Notes under the pieces: model-generated
Database searches by the model: none
Told to the model about the DNA's origin: nothing
The model's input: the letters and a program-made list of their open reading frames with translations, nothing else
Assembly (NCBI GenBank): GCA_964608465.1
Contig: CAZSNI010000001.1
Span: forward strand, 16,215-80,214
DNA: 64,000 nt
Reading direction: 5' to 3'
Origin: an uncultured Candidatus Saccharibacteria bacterium
GTDB lineage: Bacteria; Patescibacteriota; Minisyncoccia; Phycocordibacterales; DATDWN01
Program-made: the position numbers and the translations under genes
Part shown: in pieces, positions 1 to 10,621 of the stretch
How the letters are laid out: each line of letters opens with the position of its first letter
Position numbering within the stretch: position 1 is the stretch's first letter

Positions 1-572
1 TTAAACTCGATAACTGGGAAAATAGCTGGATCTGGTTCGAACATTACGATAGTTCCGTTCTTTTTAGTTGAGCCAACTTTTTTCACAAGTGCTTTTTTCT
101 TTCCTTGTGAATACTCTTGCATGTAAATACCATCGCCAGTTTTGTGAACAGTTACCTTACAGTAAATAGAAAGTGCGTTAACAACTGATGCTCCCACACC
201 GTGCAAACCTCCAGAAACTTTGTAGCCTCCGTCTTCGCCGCCGAATTTTCCTCCCGCGTGAAGTGTTGTCATGATAGTTTCAAGAGCTGAAACTTTTGTT
301 TGTTTGTGAATATCAACTGGGATACCTCGTCCGTTGTCAGTTACTCTGATTCTGTTACCAGGAAGAAGTGTAACTTCAATGTCGTTAGCAAAACCGCCCA
401 TGGCTTCGTCACGAGAGTTGTCAAAAATTTCCCAAATAAGGTGATGCAAACCATCTACACCCGTTGTGCCAATGTACATTCCAGGACGCTTTCTAACAGG
501 CTCAAGACCTTCTAGAATCTGTATCGCATCTGCACCGTAGCTATCTTTTTTCTTTCCTGTTTCCTTGGCCAT
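1..572 (-). CDS. gyrB: DNA gyrase subunit B, N-terminal part (runs off window)
   Basis: Manual translation: [35 protein letters not shown]...EIFDNSRDE...DNGRGIP...LHAGGKF...[16 protein letters not shown] (GHKL ATPase motifs); absent from the ORF track. Confidence 0.93.
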   Translation of the reverse strand, partial: MAKETGKKKDSYGADAIQILEGLEPVRKRPGMYIGTTGVDGLHHLIWEIFDNSRDEAMGGFANDIEVTLLPGNRIRVTDNGRGIPVDIHKQTKVSALETIMTTLHAGGKFGGEDGGYKVSGGLHGVGASVVNALSIYCKVTVHKTGDGIYMQEYSQGKKKALVKKVGSTKKNGTIVMFEPDPAIFPVIEF

Positions 573-669
573 ATTTATTAGTTTTTTAGTTAATTTAACT
601 CGTAAATTATAGCAAATTTACCCTCTTACAACAAGCCGTTTTTTTGCTATTTTAATAGTTAAATATTAC

Positions 670-713
670 TTGACTTTTATACTATTTGGTGTTAATATAT
701 AAAACTTAGGAGG
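670..713 (+). promoter_or_regulatory. sigma70-type promoter TTGACT-N17-TAATAT plus SD AGGAGG
   Basis: Motifs at 670-675, 693-698 and 708-713, ahead of ATG 720. Confidence 0.6.
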
Positions 714-719
714 AAACAG

Positions 720-1046
720 ATGAAGGGTGTACGGTGTGGAGGTAAGTTCACCGGAAACCATACGACTCTGGTGCCCCTTGCAGAGATCGTGTGTGATATC
801 GCTAACGCGGTACCGGAAGTGACCAAAATCACTCCAGGGTTCATAAAGGCGGGACTGAAGTCGGTATCGGGACAACGTCGAGTAAAGTTTACCGACGAGA
901 CTCCTCATTGCATTTTTCTTTCTATCAGGGACAATGCATCACACCAGGAAGTGAGAGTGTACGTGACTGACATTCAGTCGGCACGCACAACAATCGCAAG
1001 ACGTCTGCGGGACCGAGCCATCACCATCAGGTTCACCAAAGACTAG
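720..1046 (+). CDS. DUF2103-like small protein (GC-rich unit A)
   Basis: GGKFTGNHTT...ITPGFI...QEVRV pattern recalls DUF2103; SD and terminator present. Confidence 0.65.
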   Translation: MKGVRCGGKFTGNHTTLVPLAEIVCDIANAVPEVTKITPGFIKAGLKSVSGQRRVKFTDETPHCIFLSIRDNASHQEVRVYVTDIQSARTTIARRLRDRAITIRFTKD

Positions 1047-1047
1047 C

Positions 1048-1098
1048 ACCCCGACCGGGAGCCCCGCGCAATGCGCGGGGCTCGGTACGGGGTTTTTT
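1048..1098 (+). terminator. Long bulged GC hairpin with T-tract
   Basis: ACCCCG-ACC-GGGAGCCCCGCGCA-A-TGCGCGGGGCTC-GGT-A-CGGGGT-TTTTT. Confidence 0.75.
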
Positions 1099-1130
1099 GA
1101 TACAAAAAAATTTCCGCACTTGCATTGCGT

Positions 1131-1280
1131 CGAACTAACATGATTTCAGAGCATCCGCAGGCCGTGAGCATGGTTTCGTCAACGACTCTATGTAATAAGA
1201 GCTCATTGACGAATCACGACCGAGGACCAGAATAAAACTTTCGCAGGAAAGTTTTATGTCTCTGAAATCATGTTAGTTCG
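1131..1280. repeat. Palindromic structured element, copy 1
   Basis: Perfect 21-bp inverted repeat (1131-1151/1260-1280) around a core shared with 29971-30107. Confidence 0.85.
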
Positions 1281-1287
1281 TAAGCTT

Positions 1288-3192
1288 TTACCTAATTTCA
1301 AAACCTGACTGAGCCTTAAGTGTCTCATACACCGGATTCATCACCGCATTTATTTCTTCCTCTGTTAAAGTTCTATCGTTTGCTTGGAAAACAAGTCTGA
1401 ATGCATATGAAGTTTTGTCTGCTTTCGTAAATTTATCAAACATAGAAAATCTCACCACGATATCTGTAAGTTTTTCTTTTATCAAACTCTCTACTGCTTC
1501 CCCACTTACTTCGTTTGGTACAAAGACCGCAACATCGCGCACTGCAAAAGGAAAAGCAGAAATAGTTTTGAACGCCAAAGACTTTTCATTTTTTACCCAA
1601 AGGTCTACTGGGTACTCCTCTACTGGCCCCAATTCTTTTGCGACTCTAGCAATATCAAATTCAGCAACACCGCCAACGACAGAAACATTTCCAACAGAAA
1701 CCCCAAGTCCTTCTTCTAGACCTTGAATTGTTTTTGCTATTTCTTCGTCTACACTTAGTTTCTTTGATTTTGGAAACTTAACTCCGAGACAAAGATGTAG
1801 TTCCTCGCCCTTTGCATTAAATACTTTTCCGATTTCAAAAAGTTTTACCTCACTCTCCCCTAACAAATCTAAATATTTGAAATTTCTTTCAAGAGACTCT
1901 TCCACAGCACCACTTAGGTGACTTCGAAGAAACTTTTTATCTCCAGAGAGAGGATTTTCTATTTCCACTTCCCCACTAGGTGTCATTGCGTATGTATAGA
2001 TTTCAGTAAATCCAAGACTTCCCAAAATTCTTCTTGTTTTCTCCGCAATAAATATTTCTTGGTTAACTTTTACTTTTGCAACAACTTCCAGTTTTGCAGG
2101 CTCGACATTTTCATATCCGAACAGTCTGCCGATTTCTTCTACAACATCTTCCTCGATTTTAATATCAAGTCTCTCAAGGGGTGCAGTTACTTTTACTTTG
2201 TCACTTTCTATTAACGCCTTAATATTTTGTCGTGCTAAAAGTTCTACTGCCTTGTCGCCTGATACAGAAACCCCCAGCATTTTAGAAACTTTATCTAGCG
2301 CAACAGTAACTGTCGTTTCTTTTTGTGGATTTTTGTTTAGGTCTACCATTCCTACCACTGTTCCCCCTGCTAGTTCAGTTATGTTTTGTACTGCATATGG
2401 TAAAACACGATCCATAAGACTTTGAGCTATTTCATTTTCAAATCTATATGAAGCATCTGTTCTGACACCCAAAGCTTTTGCAGTTTTTCGAATACTTACA
2501 GGATCAAAAGCAGAGAATGACAAAATAATATCCGTTGTTGTATCACTGACTCCACTATCTTTTCCTCCCATTACTCCCGCCACATCCAAAGGCTTGCTTC
2601 CATCTGCTATAACCATATGAGTAGTATCAAGAGTGTATTCTTTTGTATCTAGCAAAGTGATTTTCTCTCCCTTAGCAGCATCTCGAATATTAAACTCGTA
2701 TTGACCTTTTTTATTAGTAGATACTTTTGATGCATCGAATGCGTGCATTGGTTGGCCGAAAGCAAAAGTAAGATAGTTTGTCATATCTACTATGGCGTTA
2801 ATAGAACGTGAGCCTTGAGTCGCTAGTTTTTCTTTGAGCCACGCAGGACTTTCTGTAACTTTTACTCCTGTAACTAAAACGAACATCTGTCGTGAACAAC
2901 TTTTTGTACTTATGTTTAGATTGATTTTGTCTGTAACTGGAAGAGAAACTTTAGGAAGAAGTTCTTTTCTTTTTAGATTCAAAACACTAGCGACTTCAGA
3001 AGCAACGCCGTAGTGCGACAAACAGTCGTGCGCGCGGTTTGGAAGAATTTTTACGTCCATAATTTTGTCGTCTCCATGCTCTTCAACTCCCTCGATTTCA
3101 AAAGAATGCATAGTCAAAGCCTCCACCACAGTTTCTACTGCTGGTAGTTTATCTTCGATATATTCTTGTAACCAGTTATACGAAATTTTCAT
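1288..3192 (-). CDS. pheT: Phenylalanine-tRNA ligase beta subunit (short form)
   Basis: MKISYNWL start, PNRAHDCLS, RLDIKIEEDVVEEIGRLFGY, C-terminal RTLTEEEIN anticodon-binding domain. Confidence 0.95.
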   Translation of the reverse strand: MKISYNWLQEYIEDKLPAVETVVEALTMHSFEIEGVEEHGDDKIMDVKILPNRAHDCLSHYGVASEVASVLNLKRKELLPKVSLPVTDKINLNISTKSCSRQMFVLVTGVKVTESPAWLKEKLATQGSRSINAIVDMTNYLTFAFGQPMHAFDASKVSTNKKGQYEFNIRDAAKGEKITLLDTKEYTLDTTHMVIADGSKPLDVAGVMGGKDSGVSDTTTDIILSFSAFDPVSIRKTAKALGVRTDASYRFENEIAQSLMDRVLPYAVQNITELAGGTVVGMVDLNKNPQKETTVTVALDKVSKMLGVSVSGDKAVELLARQNIKALIESDKVKVTAPLERLDIKIEEDVVEEIGRLFGYENVEPAKLEVVAKVKVNQEIFIAEKTRRILGSLGFTEIYTYAMTPSGEVEIENPLSGDKKFLRSHLSGAVEESLERNFKYLDLLGESEVKLFEIGKVFNAKGEELHLCLGVKFPKSKKLSVDEEIAKTIQGLEEGLGVSVGNVSVVGGVAEFDIARVAKELGPVEEYPVDLWVKNEKSLAFKTISAFPFAVRDVAVFVPNEVSGEAVESLIKEKLTDIVVRFSMFDKFTKADKTSYAFRLVFQANDRTLTEEEINAVMNPVYETLKAQSGFEIR

Positions 3193-3193
3193 A

Positions 3194-3940
3194 TTAAAAT
3201 TGATTTACTAGACGAAGATCACCTTGATACAAAAGCCTCACATCATCCACTCCGTATTTAAGCATCACTAGTCTGTCTACTCCACAACCAAAGGCGAAAC
3301 CGGAGTACTTTTTACTATCTATCCCTGCGCTTTCCAAAACTTTTGGATGAACCAACCCCGCACCCATGATTTCAATATAACCTGTGCCCTTACAAACATT
3401 GCAAGAAGAGTTTTGTCCGCCACATTTGAAACATGTCATGTCTATCTCAACTCCAGGCTCAACGAATGGGAAATAACTTGGTCGCAAACGAATGCCAGTT
3501 TTCTTTCCAAATAATTTTTCGAAAAATTCTTCCAAAGTCCATTTTAGATTTGCGAGAGAAACGTTCTCACCCACGACTAGACCTTCTAGCTGGTAAAACT
3601 GAGCCTCGTGTGTAGCATCTGTTGCTTCGTGTCGGAACACCTTACCCGGTGCAATGATTTTTATAGGTGGCTTATTAGCCTCCATGAAGCGCACTTGCAC
3701 TGGTGAAGTGTGGGTTCTAAGTAGTTTTCGAGCGTTTAGTGGTTTCAGCCAAAAAGTATCCCACATGTCACGAGCTGGGTGGTGTTCCGGTATATTAAGT
3801 GTATCGAAATTATAAAACTCTGTCTCGACTTCTGGACCACCCGCTACCGTAAAACCCATTTCTGTAAAAATCCTGTTTACGTCTTGCAAAATAAGAGTAA
3901 GAGGGTGAATATGCGCCTCCTTTTTACCATCTTTTTCCAT
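3194..3940 (-). CDS. pheS: Phenylalanine-tRNA ligase alpha subunit (no N-terminal coiled coil)
   Basis: HPARDMWDTF, LRTHTSPVQ, YFPFVEPG, GFAFGCGVDRL. Confidence 0.96.
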   Translation of the reverse strand: MEKDGKKEAHIHPLTLILQDVNRIFTEMGFTVAGGPEVETEFYNFDTLNIPEHHPARDMWDTFWLKPLNARKLLRTHTSPVQVRFMEANKPPIKIIAPGKVFRHEATDATHEAQFYQLEGLVVGENVSLANLKWTLEEFFEKLFGKKTGIRLRPSYFPFVEPGVEIDMTCFKCGGQNSSCNVCKGTGYIEIMGAGLVHPKVLESAGIDSKKYSGFAFGCGVDRLVMLKYGVDDVRLLYQGDLRLVNQF

Positions 3941-4031
3941 ATCACTTCATTGTAGCCCAAAGGTTGAAAAACATCCAGAAAAAGGCTAATATGTAACAAT
4001 AAAAGGCTCGTTGAGTCTACAATAAGATATA

Positions 4032-5288
4032 GTGAATATGAGTGACCTAAATAACTACATCACGTACTTTTTCCTATTCATCTCGCTTAACTTTGAGATT
4101 TTTCTACTTATAACTTATTTCGAAAACCGAAAGGAAATCAAAGCCGAATCAAAGGCACAGTCTAACGTAAAGCTGAAAAAATACCCTTCGGTTACTATTA
4201 TCGTACCTTGCTGGAACGAGCAAAACACAGTGTCTAAAACCGTGCATTCTCTACTTAACCTAGACTACCCTAAAGACAAACTGAAAATCATGGTGGTGGA
4301 CGACGGTAGTACTGACAACACTTGGCAAGCGGTCCAAAAGTTTGCAAATCACCCACAAATAGAACTTCACACAAAAGAGAACGGCGGAAAATATACAGCA
4401 CTAAATTATGGAATATCAAAACTAACCACTGACCTAGTGGGATGCCTTGATGCAGACTCATACGTACACAAAGATAGCATGAAAAAAATTGCTCTTTATT
4501 TTGAGGACAAAGAAACTATGGCAGTAGCGCCGTCTATCAAACTTTGGCAACCAAAAAATATCCTGCAACTATTACAGAAAGTAGAATACGGCTTTGGTAT
4601 CTTTACTAGAAAAATGTACCACTACATGAATGCTATCTACATTACTCCTGGGCCTTTTTCAATTTTCAGACGTGAAGTTTTTGAAAAACTAGGTGGATAC
4701 GAACACGCCCACAACACAGAAGACATCCAGATAGCTCTACGAATGCAGAAAAATGGCTTCAAAATCGCTCATGCTCACGAAGCGATAGTTTACACAGTTC
4801 CCCCGGAAACGGTTAAAAAACTTTTGAAACAAAGAGTTCGATGGTCCTATGGTTTTATTAAAAATGCCTATGATTTTCGAGATATGATTTTCAACAAAAA
4901 GTATGGAAATGTTGGAATGCTTATACTCCCAATGGCTTGTATTTCTATAATCTCGGTTTTATTTGTATCTAGTGTTTCTATTTACAGTATTATCAATGGA
5001 TTAGTAAACTGGTTCGTACGCGTACAAACTGTAGGTATAAGTCCCCACTTTAGTTTGCCTAATTTTGATCTATTCTATATAAACACAGAGCTTATTGCTA
5101 TTGTTGGTGTAGTAGTAGCAACAGGATCAATTCTTATGATACTTATGTCAAAGAGAATGTCTGAAAACAAATTTGATATTGGCCTAGACTTGATTTATTA
5201 CCTATCTTTATATATGTTTATTGCGCCACTATGGATTGGAAAGGCTGCTTGGAATGCGGTCTTCAGCGTAAAGACCACTTGGCGCTAG
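4032..5288 (+). CDS. Family 2 glycosyltransferase, membrane-bound processive type
   Basis: VVDDGSTD, LDADS, TED and QRVRW motifs, flanking transmembrane (TM) helices. Confidence 0.9.
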   Translation: MNMSDLNNYITYFFLFISLNFEIFLLITYFENRKEIKAESKAQSNVKLKKYPSVTIIVPCWNEQNTVSKTVHSLLNLDYPKDKLKIMVVDDGSTDNTWQAVQKFANHPQIELHTKENGGKYTALNYGISKLTTDLVGCLDADSYVHKDSMKKIALYFEDKETMAVAPSIKLWQPKNILQLLQKVEYGFGIFTRKMYHYMNAIYITPGPFSIFRREVFEKLGGYEHAHNTEDIQIALRMQKNGFKIAHAHEAIVYTVPPETVKKLLKQRVRWSYGFIKNAYDFRDMIFNKKYGNVGMLILPMACISIISVLFVSSVSIYSIINGLVNWFVRVQTVGISPHFSLPNFDLFYINTELIAIVGVVVATGSILMILMSKRMSENKFDIGLDLIYYLSLYMFIAPLWIGKAAWNAVFSVKTTWR

Positions 5289-5300
5289 ACTCGTAAAATC

Positions 5301-5987
5301 ATGAAAAATATAGACTATAAAAAATACATATTCTCTTTTGTATTAACTTCACTTATTTTTGCTACAGCAATTTATCTGAGCAATTATTTTGGACAGAAAA
5401 AACTAGACGAAATAAGAAATATACAAGATAAAATTTCGATTGATATTCTGTCTTCAGAAACACAGTTTTCTCTTCTAGAGCAGTCTAGTTGTAAAGATAT
5501 TGACTCTGGTTCTCTTTCTACTGAACTCGGAAACTTGGAAGCAAAACTTACCTACACAGAAAACCAAAGAGGCACAGAAGATCCTGAGGTTCAAACACTT
5601 AAAAAATACTACTCCCTACTAGAAATTAAAGACTACTTACTAATGAATAAAATCAGTGAGAAGTGTAAAAAAACACCACTATCTATTATCTATTTCTATT
5701 CAAACAATGAAAGTTGCAAAGACTGTGAAAAAGAAGGTTATGTACTAACTAAACTAAGAGAAACCTACCCAGAACTCAGAGTCTACTCTTTCGACTATGA
5801 CATGGATGTATCTGCCGTACAGACCCTGATTTCCATCAACAAAGTCAAAAATGAGCTTCCTGCGATAGTTATAAAGGACCAAGTCTACTATGGTTTCCAA
5901 AGTATAGAAGATATAGAAAAAGCAGTTCCAGAGCTAAAAGTTTTGAAGGCAAAAGCAGAGTCTGCAACAAGCACAAAAACAAATTAG
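5301..5987 (+). CDS. Membrane-anchored protein with C-terminal thioredoxin-like CxxC domain
   Basis: N-terminal TM; IIYFYS..SCKDC..LPAIVI. Confidence 0.65.
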   Translation: MKNIDYKKYIFSFVLTSLIFATAIYLSNYFGQKKLDEIRNIQDKISIDILSSETQFSLLEQSSCKDIDSGSLSTELGNLEAKLTYTENQRGTEDPEVQTLKKYYSLLEIKDYLLMNKISEKCKKTPLSIIYFYSNNESCKDCEKEGYVLTKLRETYPELRVYSFDYDMDVSAVQTLISINKVKNELPAIVIKDQVYYGFQSIEDIEKAVPELKVLKAKAESATSTKTN

Positions 5988-5989
5988 TT

Positions 5990-6829
5990 TTATAGAGTAT
6001 TTTTAAGAGACAACATTATTTCTTCTAGTCTCGCGTCATTAACTGGTGGCATAGACACCCCCAGACTTTTTGCCTTTTCCATTGAAAGCACGCAATTACT
6101 TCTACCTGTTTTTGTAACGCTCTTTTCTAGTTCTTCTGGAGTAATAAGTTCAAAATTATGTTCTGGATTTACATACTTTTTATATGCTTCTAAAATCTGT
6201 CCGTGCGTTACATAGCCCTCGTTAGTAAGATTTAGAACTCCTAGCGCTTTTTTATTTATTAAATGTTCAATTGCTGGATACATATCTTCTACCAGGGTAA
6301 CTGAGTTAGGAACCGAAATAACTTTAGTATAGGAAATAATTTTGTTTATAGTGTTTCGTGGATTCGACTTATATGAAATAGGCATGCGAAGTCTAAGGTA
6401 TAACACCGGCAACTCCTTAAGAGAATTTTCCAAAACTATTCTCATTCTAGAATAAAAACTTCCATTAAAATTGGGGACATCGTCTTCGGTGAACGGATGA
6501 TTCTCATCCCCGTCGTATACACACCCTGAAGATACCTGAATGGGATGTGCGCCAACCTCTATTGCAGACAACATTGCATTTATCGCCCCAGAAACATTTA
6601 CAGCAACTGTTTCCTGTTTGTGATCTTCACACCAGTCAATATTCGGATATGCCCTGACGCCAGCAAAGTTTATAACAACATCCGGCTTTGTTTTATTGAA
6701 CACTTCTCTTAGTTTAGGCAGGTCAGACACATCTACTCTTTCAGTAAAAACAGTGTGCCCCTTACTAACCAAGTATTCAGCCATTCCGGAACCCATAAAC
6801 CCACTTGCTCCAAGGATATAAATTTTCAT
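5990..6829 (-). CDS. NAD(P)-dependent sugar-nucleotide epimerase/reductase (RmlD-like SDR)
   Basis: GASGFMG Rossmann motif, PNIDWCEDHK, SSGCVY. Confidence 0.85.
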   Translation of the reverse strand: MKIYILGASGFMGSGMAEYLVSKGHTVFTERVDVSDLPKLREVFNKTKPDVVINFAGVRAYPNIDWCEDHKQETVAVNVSGAINAMLSAIEVGAHPIQVSSGCVYDGDENHPFTEDDVPNFNGSFYSRMRIVLENSLKELPVLYLRLRMPISYKSNPRNTINKIISYTKVISVPNSVTLVEDMYPAIEHLINKKALGVLNLTNEGYVTHGQILEAYKKYVNPEHNFELITPEELEKSVTKTGRSNCVLSMEKAKSLGVSMPPVNDARLEEIMLSLKNTL

Positions 6830-6853
6830 ACTTATATATTACTTTATAAAAAC

Positions 6854-7261
6854 TTAATTAGAAAACGTTCTTTTCCTGCCTTTTCTACCCTTACCTTTAT
6901 TTAGGTTTCTAAAATTATTTGTAAGAGAGTGACAATTAGGGCAAAGCAGTCTTAAATTCTTTTCTGAATTATTTGTTGAATCTCCATCAATATGATCAAC
7001 TTCTAGGGGAACATTGCCAGTTATAGGATTTATTTTAGACCAACCACATTTTAAACACTTGTTATTATACTTTTCTAATAAATACTTCCTAATGTTACTT
7101 GAAATACCTTTATAAATAATTCCCCTACTACCATCAACATTTCCTTTTTTCCAGGAAATTATATATTTTTCATAACGCTTATCCATTTGGCACTTATTAG
7201 AACAAAACTTAACTTGTTTTCTACCTTCTAAAGTTTTATTACAATAGTAACAGTTGCCCAT
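6854..7261 (-). CDS. HNH endonuclease with N-terminal Cys-rich finger
   Basis: CYYC..FCSNKC; CLKC..LEVDHIDGDSTNN..NLRLLCPNCH. Confidence 0.9.
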   Translation of the reverse strand: MGNCYYCNKTLEGRKQVKFCSNKCQMDKRYEKYIISWKKGNVDGSRGIIYKGISSNIRKYLLEKYNNKCLKCGWSKINPITGNVPLEVDHIDGDSTNNSEKNLRLLCPNCHSLTNNFRNLNKGKGRKGRKRTFSN

Positions 7262-7359
7262 ATTCTAAGTATACCACATAATCATACATGAGTATGGTAT
7301 ACTCAATATTGATAGTTGAAATATATCTTCAATAATGTTAGATTATTATAGTTAAATTT

Positions 7360-7435
7360 GCCACCTTAGCTCAGTTGGTAGAGCAATTCTTTTGTAAAGA
7401 ATAGGTCGTCAGTTCGAGCCTGACAGGTGGCTCCA
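7360..7435 (+). tRNA. tRNA-Thr(UGU)
   Basis: Cloverleaf GCCACCT/AGGTGGC, anticodon arm ATTCT-TTTGTAA-AGAAT, T-loop TTCGAGC, encoded CCA. Confidence 0.95.
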
Positions 7436-7437
7436 AT

Positions 7438-7463
7438 AAAAAATCCCCTAAAGGGGATTTTTT
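7438..7463. terminator. Bidirectional intrinsic terminator
   Basis: AAAAATCCCC-TAAA-GGGGATTTTT between convergent genes. Confidence 0.75.
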
Positions 7464-7821
7464 ACTTACTATCCTCAGACAATCTCTCTAAGAAAGATGA
7501 GACTGACCCGTCGTTCCTAAGTAGTCTTCTACCTCTAAACTCGTTACCAGCATTGTAGTACCGCTTAGCAACATAGTCCTTAGACTTTACTAAAAACTCA
7601 TACAAAAGTGATGGTAAAAAGTCAAAAACAAAAATATGTGCAACTTTTTTATAGTAGTTATATCGTAGCACTCCACCGTCTATAGCAGAGTTGATATATG
7701 CATCCCCTTTCTCGTAGATCCTTTCCAAAAAAGCCACCTTACCTACTTTATTTTCGAACGCTCTGAGTATTACCAAAGCGCTCAATATAGCAAAAGAACC
7801 TATAAATAATATAGTTTCCAT
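7462..7821 (-). CDS. Hypothetical membrane-anchored protein
   Basis: 119-aa ORF with N-terminal TM, directly downstream of tsf. Confidence 0.7.
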   Translation of the reverse strand: METILFIGSFAILSALVILRAFENKVGKVAFLERIYEKGDAYINSAIDGGVLRYNYYKKVAHIFVFDFLPSLLYEFLVKSKDYVAKRYYNAGNEFRGRRLLRNDGSVSSFLERLSEDSK

Positions 7822-7830
7822 ATATAGAAA

Positions 7831-8418
7831 TTATTGAGTAACAGAGTATCTCACAAAGCGAGATAGCTCGATTTTTTCTCCGAATTTCTGTGTTGCAGAC
7901 TCTAGTAGGTTCTTTATAGTAACGTCAGGGTTTTTAATAAAAGCTTGGTTAAGCAAAACTCTTTCACTCCAGTAAGAAGCAAGTTTTCCTTCAAGGATTT
8001 TAGCCTTCATATCTTCTGGCTTGCCTTCGACCTCTTTTAGGAACATTTCCTTTGCTAAATCATTTGAATGTTCATCTATATCTTCCGCTTTTAGAAACTG
8101 TGGATTTGTAGCTGTAGCATGCATAGCAATATCTCGCGCCAAAGCCTTAAATTCCTCGTTCTTTGCAACGAAATCTGTTTCGCATAGTAGTTCAAGCATA
8201 ACACCAACATTGCCAGTAGAATGCACGTATGTAGAAACCACGCCAGCCCCTAGAGTTCTGTCGCTTTTTTTAGAAGCAATATCTGCACTTTTCTTCATAA
8301 GTAGCATTGTTGCCTTCTCCATATCGCCGCCAGTTTCTTCTAGTGCCTTTTTGCACTGCATAACTGAAACTCCAGTTTTATCTCTTAGTTCCTTAACTAG
8401 TTCTGTTGTAATTTGCAT
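7831..8418 (-). CDS. tsf: Elongation factor Ts (short form)
   Basis: LVKELRDKTGVSVMQCKKAL, ELLCETDFVAKN; follows rpsB. Confidence 0.96.
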   Translation of the reverse strand: MQITTELVKELRDKTGVSVMQCKKALEETGGDMEKATMLLMKKSADIASKKSDRTLGAGVVSTYVHSTGNVGVMLELLCETDFVAKNEEFKALARDIAMHATATNPQFLKAEDIDEHSNDLAKEMFLKEVEGKPEDMKAKILEGKLASYWSERVLLNQAFIKNPDVTIKNLLESATQKFGEKIELSRFVRYSVTQ

Positions 8419-8460
8419 AGTAAAAATGAATATAAAGAATAATCCCCGAACAAACTATAA

Positions 8461-9189
8461 TTATACAGTAGGAGTAACTTTTTTCAACTGCCCGTCTTTG
8501 TAACTTGCTGCAACTTGTTTTAAGAAAAACTCAATACTAGTTCTTGAAGAATCATTACCAGGAATAGGAAAATCAACGTCGTTTAGGTTGTTATCAGTAC
8601 CACACAGAGCGATAACTGGAATTCCCATAGTTTTTGCTTCCTTCAAAGCGATAGACTCTTTTTTACTGTCTATAATGAAAACAACATCTGGAAGTTTCTT
8701 CATAACTGAAAGACCGAAAAAGAATGTTCTAAGTTTTTCAATCTCTCTGTCGATAAGTAGTCTTTCTTTTTTAGTGTATTTTACAAGTTCTCCTTTTTCT
8801 TTTTGAGAAACCCATGATTCTAGTTTATCAACTCTCTTTTTGATCTCAGGGAAATTACTTAAAGTTCCTCCAATAAATCTACCGGCAACGTATGGCATAT
8901 TTATACTTTCAGCTACTGTTGTAATAGCAGCTTTTGCTTCACTTTTACCACTTATGAAAAGAATGTTTGCTCCTCGAGATCCAAGTTCAGATACGAAAGA
9001 AAGTGCTGAATGTAGAGAATCTTTTGTTTTTTCTAGATCGAAAATTTCAATATTGTTTTTAACTCCGAAAATAAATGGTTTTGTACTTGGGTGTCTTCTA
9101 GATTTGATGAAACCGAAGTGAGCACCAGCGTTAAATAGAGCGTCAACTACGCCATTTCCGCTATTTGAAGAATTATCTGTTTTTGTCAT
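8461..9189 (-). CDS. rpsB: 30S ribosomal protein S2
   Basis: AGAHFG, RFIGGTLSNF, IPGND. Confidence 0.96.
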   Translation of the reverse strand: MTKTDNSSNSGNGVVDALFNAGAHFGFIKSRRHPSTKPFIFGVKNNIEIFDLEKTKDSLHSALSFVSELGSRGANILFISGKSEAKAAITTVAESINMPYVAGRFIGGTLSNFPEIKKRVDKLESWVSQKEKGELVKYTKKERLLIDREIEKLRTFFFGLSVMKKLPDVVFIIDSKKESIALKEAKTMGIPVIALCGTDNNLNDVDFPIPGNDSSRTSIEFFLKQVAASYKDGQLKKVTPTV

Positions 9190-9242
9190 ATGTCAGGATA
9201 TCCTAGCAAAAACCCCCCATTTACGCAACCCTATGTGGGGCC

Positions 9243-10220
9243 TTATTCAACTTCCTCTACTACTTCCCCCACTTCTCCCGTAAAGCCCGCCATGGCCTCT
9301 ACAATAGGTTCTATTGACCCTGCCAATATCTTCTCAATGTTGTGCCAATTTTGCCTTAGGCGGTGGTCTGTAATACGGTCCTGGAGAATGTTGTAAGTTC
9401 TTATCTTCTCAGACCTATCTGCCGTTCCCACCTGGGATTTTCTATCTGCCGAGTACTTTGCGGCCTCCTCTTCATCCTTTTTAAGCTGTAGTTTAGCAAT
9501 AAGAATGCTCATCGCCGCTTCGCGGTTTTTTAACTGACTTCGCTGTGAAGTAGAACGCACATCGATACCCGTCGCTTTGTGGATAATACGAACAGCTGTT
9601 TCAACTTTGTTAACATTTTGCCCACCAGCACCTCCAGAACGAGATGTTTCAATTTCTATATCAGATGGCTTAATTTCAATTGTTGTCTTTTTTCGAATAG
9701 GAAGCACTGCAACAGTAGCTGTTGAGGTATGAACTCGTCCCAACTTTTCAGTGGCAGGAACACGTTGGACTCTATGCACCCCAGTTTCAAAACGAAGTTT
9801 CTTATACACATCCTTTCCTCGTATTTCAAAAGAAGCCTCTTTGTAGCCACCGACGGCGCTCAGAGACTCATCGATAGGGTTTACAGACCATCCATTATTC
9901 TCTGCATATCTTGTATACATGTGCGCCAATTCATGCGCAAAAATCGAAGCTTCTTCCCCACCCGCACCCGCACGAACTTCTAGAATAATTTCATTTGGAA
10001 ACTCTTCTTCTTTTTCTTCCTCTTTTACTATCTCCTCCATCTGCTTCATAATTTCATTTTTTTGAAGCACTAAAGACTCCAACTCGCCATTTGCCAGTTC
10101 CGCCAAAGCAGGATCAGTTTCTATCATTTTTTTAGTTGCCTCCTCCTCTTTTTCTAACCTTCTATAACTTTCAGCCAGGTAAGATGTTTTTTGGTTGTTT
10201 AAAAATTTTTCTAAGTCCAT
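9243..10220 (-). CDS. prfA: Peptide chain release factor 1
   Basis: [14 protein letters not shown] (PxT), [19 protein letters not shown]. Confidence 0.94.
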   Translation of the reverse strand: MDLEKFLNNQKTSYLAESYRRLEKEEEATKKMIETDPALAELANGELESLVLQKNEIMKQMEEIVKEEEKEEEFPNEIILEVRAGAGGEEASIFAHELAHMYTRYAENNGWSVNPIDESLSAVGGYKEASFEIRGKDVYKKLRFETGVHRVQRVPATEKLGRVHTSTATVAVLPIRKKTTIEIKPSDIEIETSRSGGAGGQNVNKVETAVRIIHKATGIDVRSTSQRSQLKNREAAMSILIAKLQLKKDEEEAAKYSADRKSQVGTADRSEKIRTYNILQDRITDHRLRQNWHNIEKILAGSIEPIVEAMAGFTGEVGEVVEEVE

Positions 10221-10271
10221 TGTATTTAGTATAGCAAAAAAGCGAGTTTGACTCGCCTTTTCACAAAACAG

Positions 10272-10541
10272 TTACTTAGCTGCTTTCTTAGTTTTAGCAG
10301 CTGCCATTTTAGTTTTGAATCTCTCCACTCTTCCAGCTGTATCCATGATCTTCTCGTTTCCAGTGTAGAAAGGGTGTGAAGAACTTGAAATTTCAAGTCT
10401 GTAGATAGGGTATTCCTTTCCGTCCTTTGCCTTGCCTTTTTCTGTAGAATTTACAGTAGACGAAATAACGAACTCAGCTCCGTTTGAGTTGTCGATAAAT
10501 AGAACTGGTCTATAGTTTTGTGGGTGAATGTCTTTTTTCAT
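10272..10541 (-). CDS. rpmE2: 50S ribosomal protein L31 type B
   Basis: MKKDIHP..EISSSSHPFYTG..DTAGRVERF; no Zn cysteines. Confidence 0.92.
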   Translation of the reverse strand: MKKDIHPQNYRPVLFIDNSNGAEFVISSTVNSTEKGKAKDGKEYPIYRLEISSSSHPFYTGNEKIMDTAGRVERFKTKMAAAKTKKAAK

Positions 10542-10621
10542 TACCGGATTACTCTATCAAAAAACCCTATTTTTGGCAACCGTGCTAAGCCTATTACAGC
10601 TCGTATGCACGAAAAATCACC

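Noticed and set aside
1131-1280. Hammerhead ribozyme or classical MITE
   Set aside because: No CUGANGA core on either strand; terminal repeats are not conserved between copies and no target duplication is visible
7268-7303. 9-bp inverted repeat AGTATACCA/TGGTATACT as an operator or element end
   Set aside because: Each arm is an extended -10 (TGGTATACT); back-to-back promoters explain it
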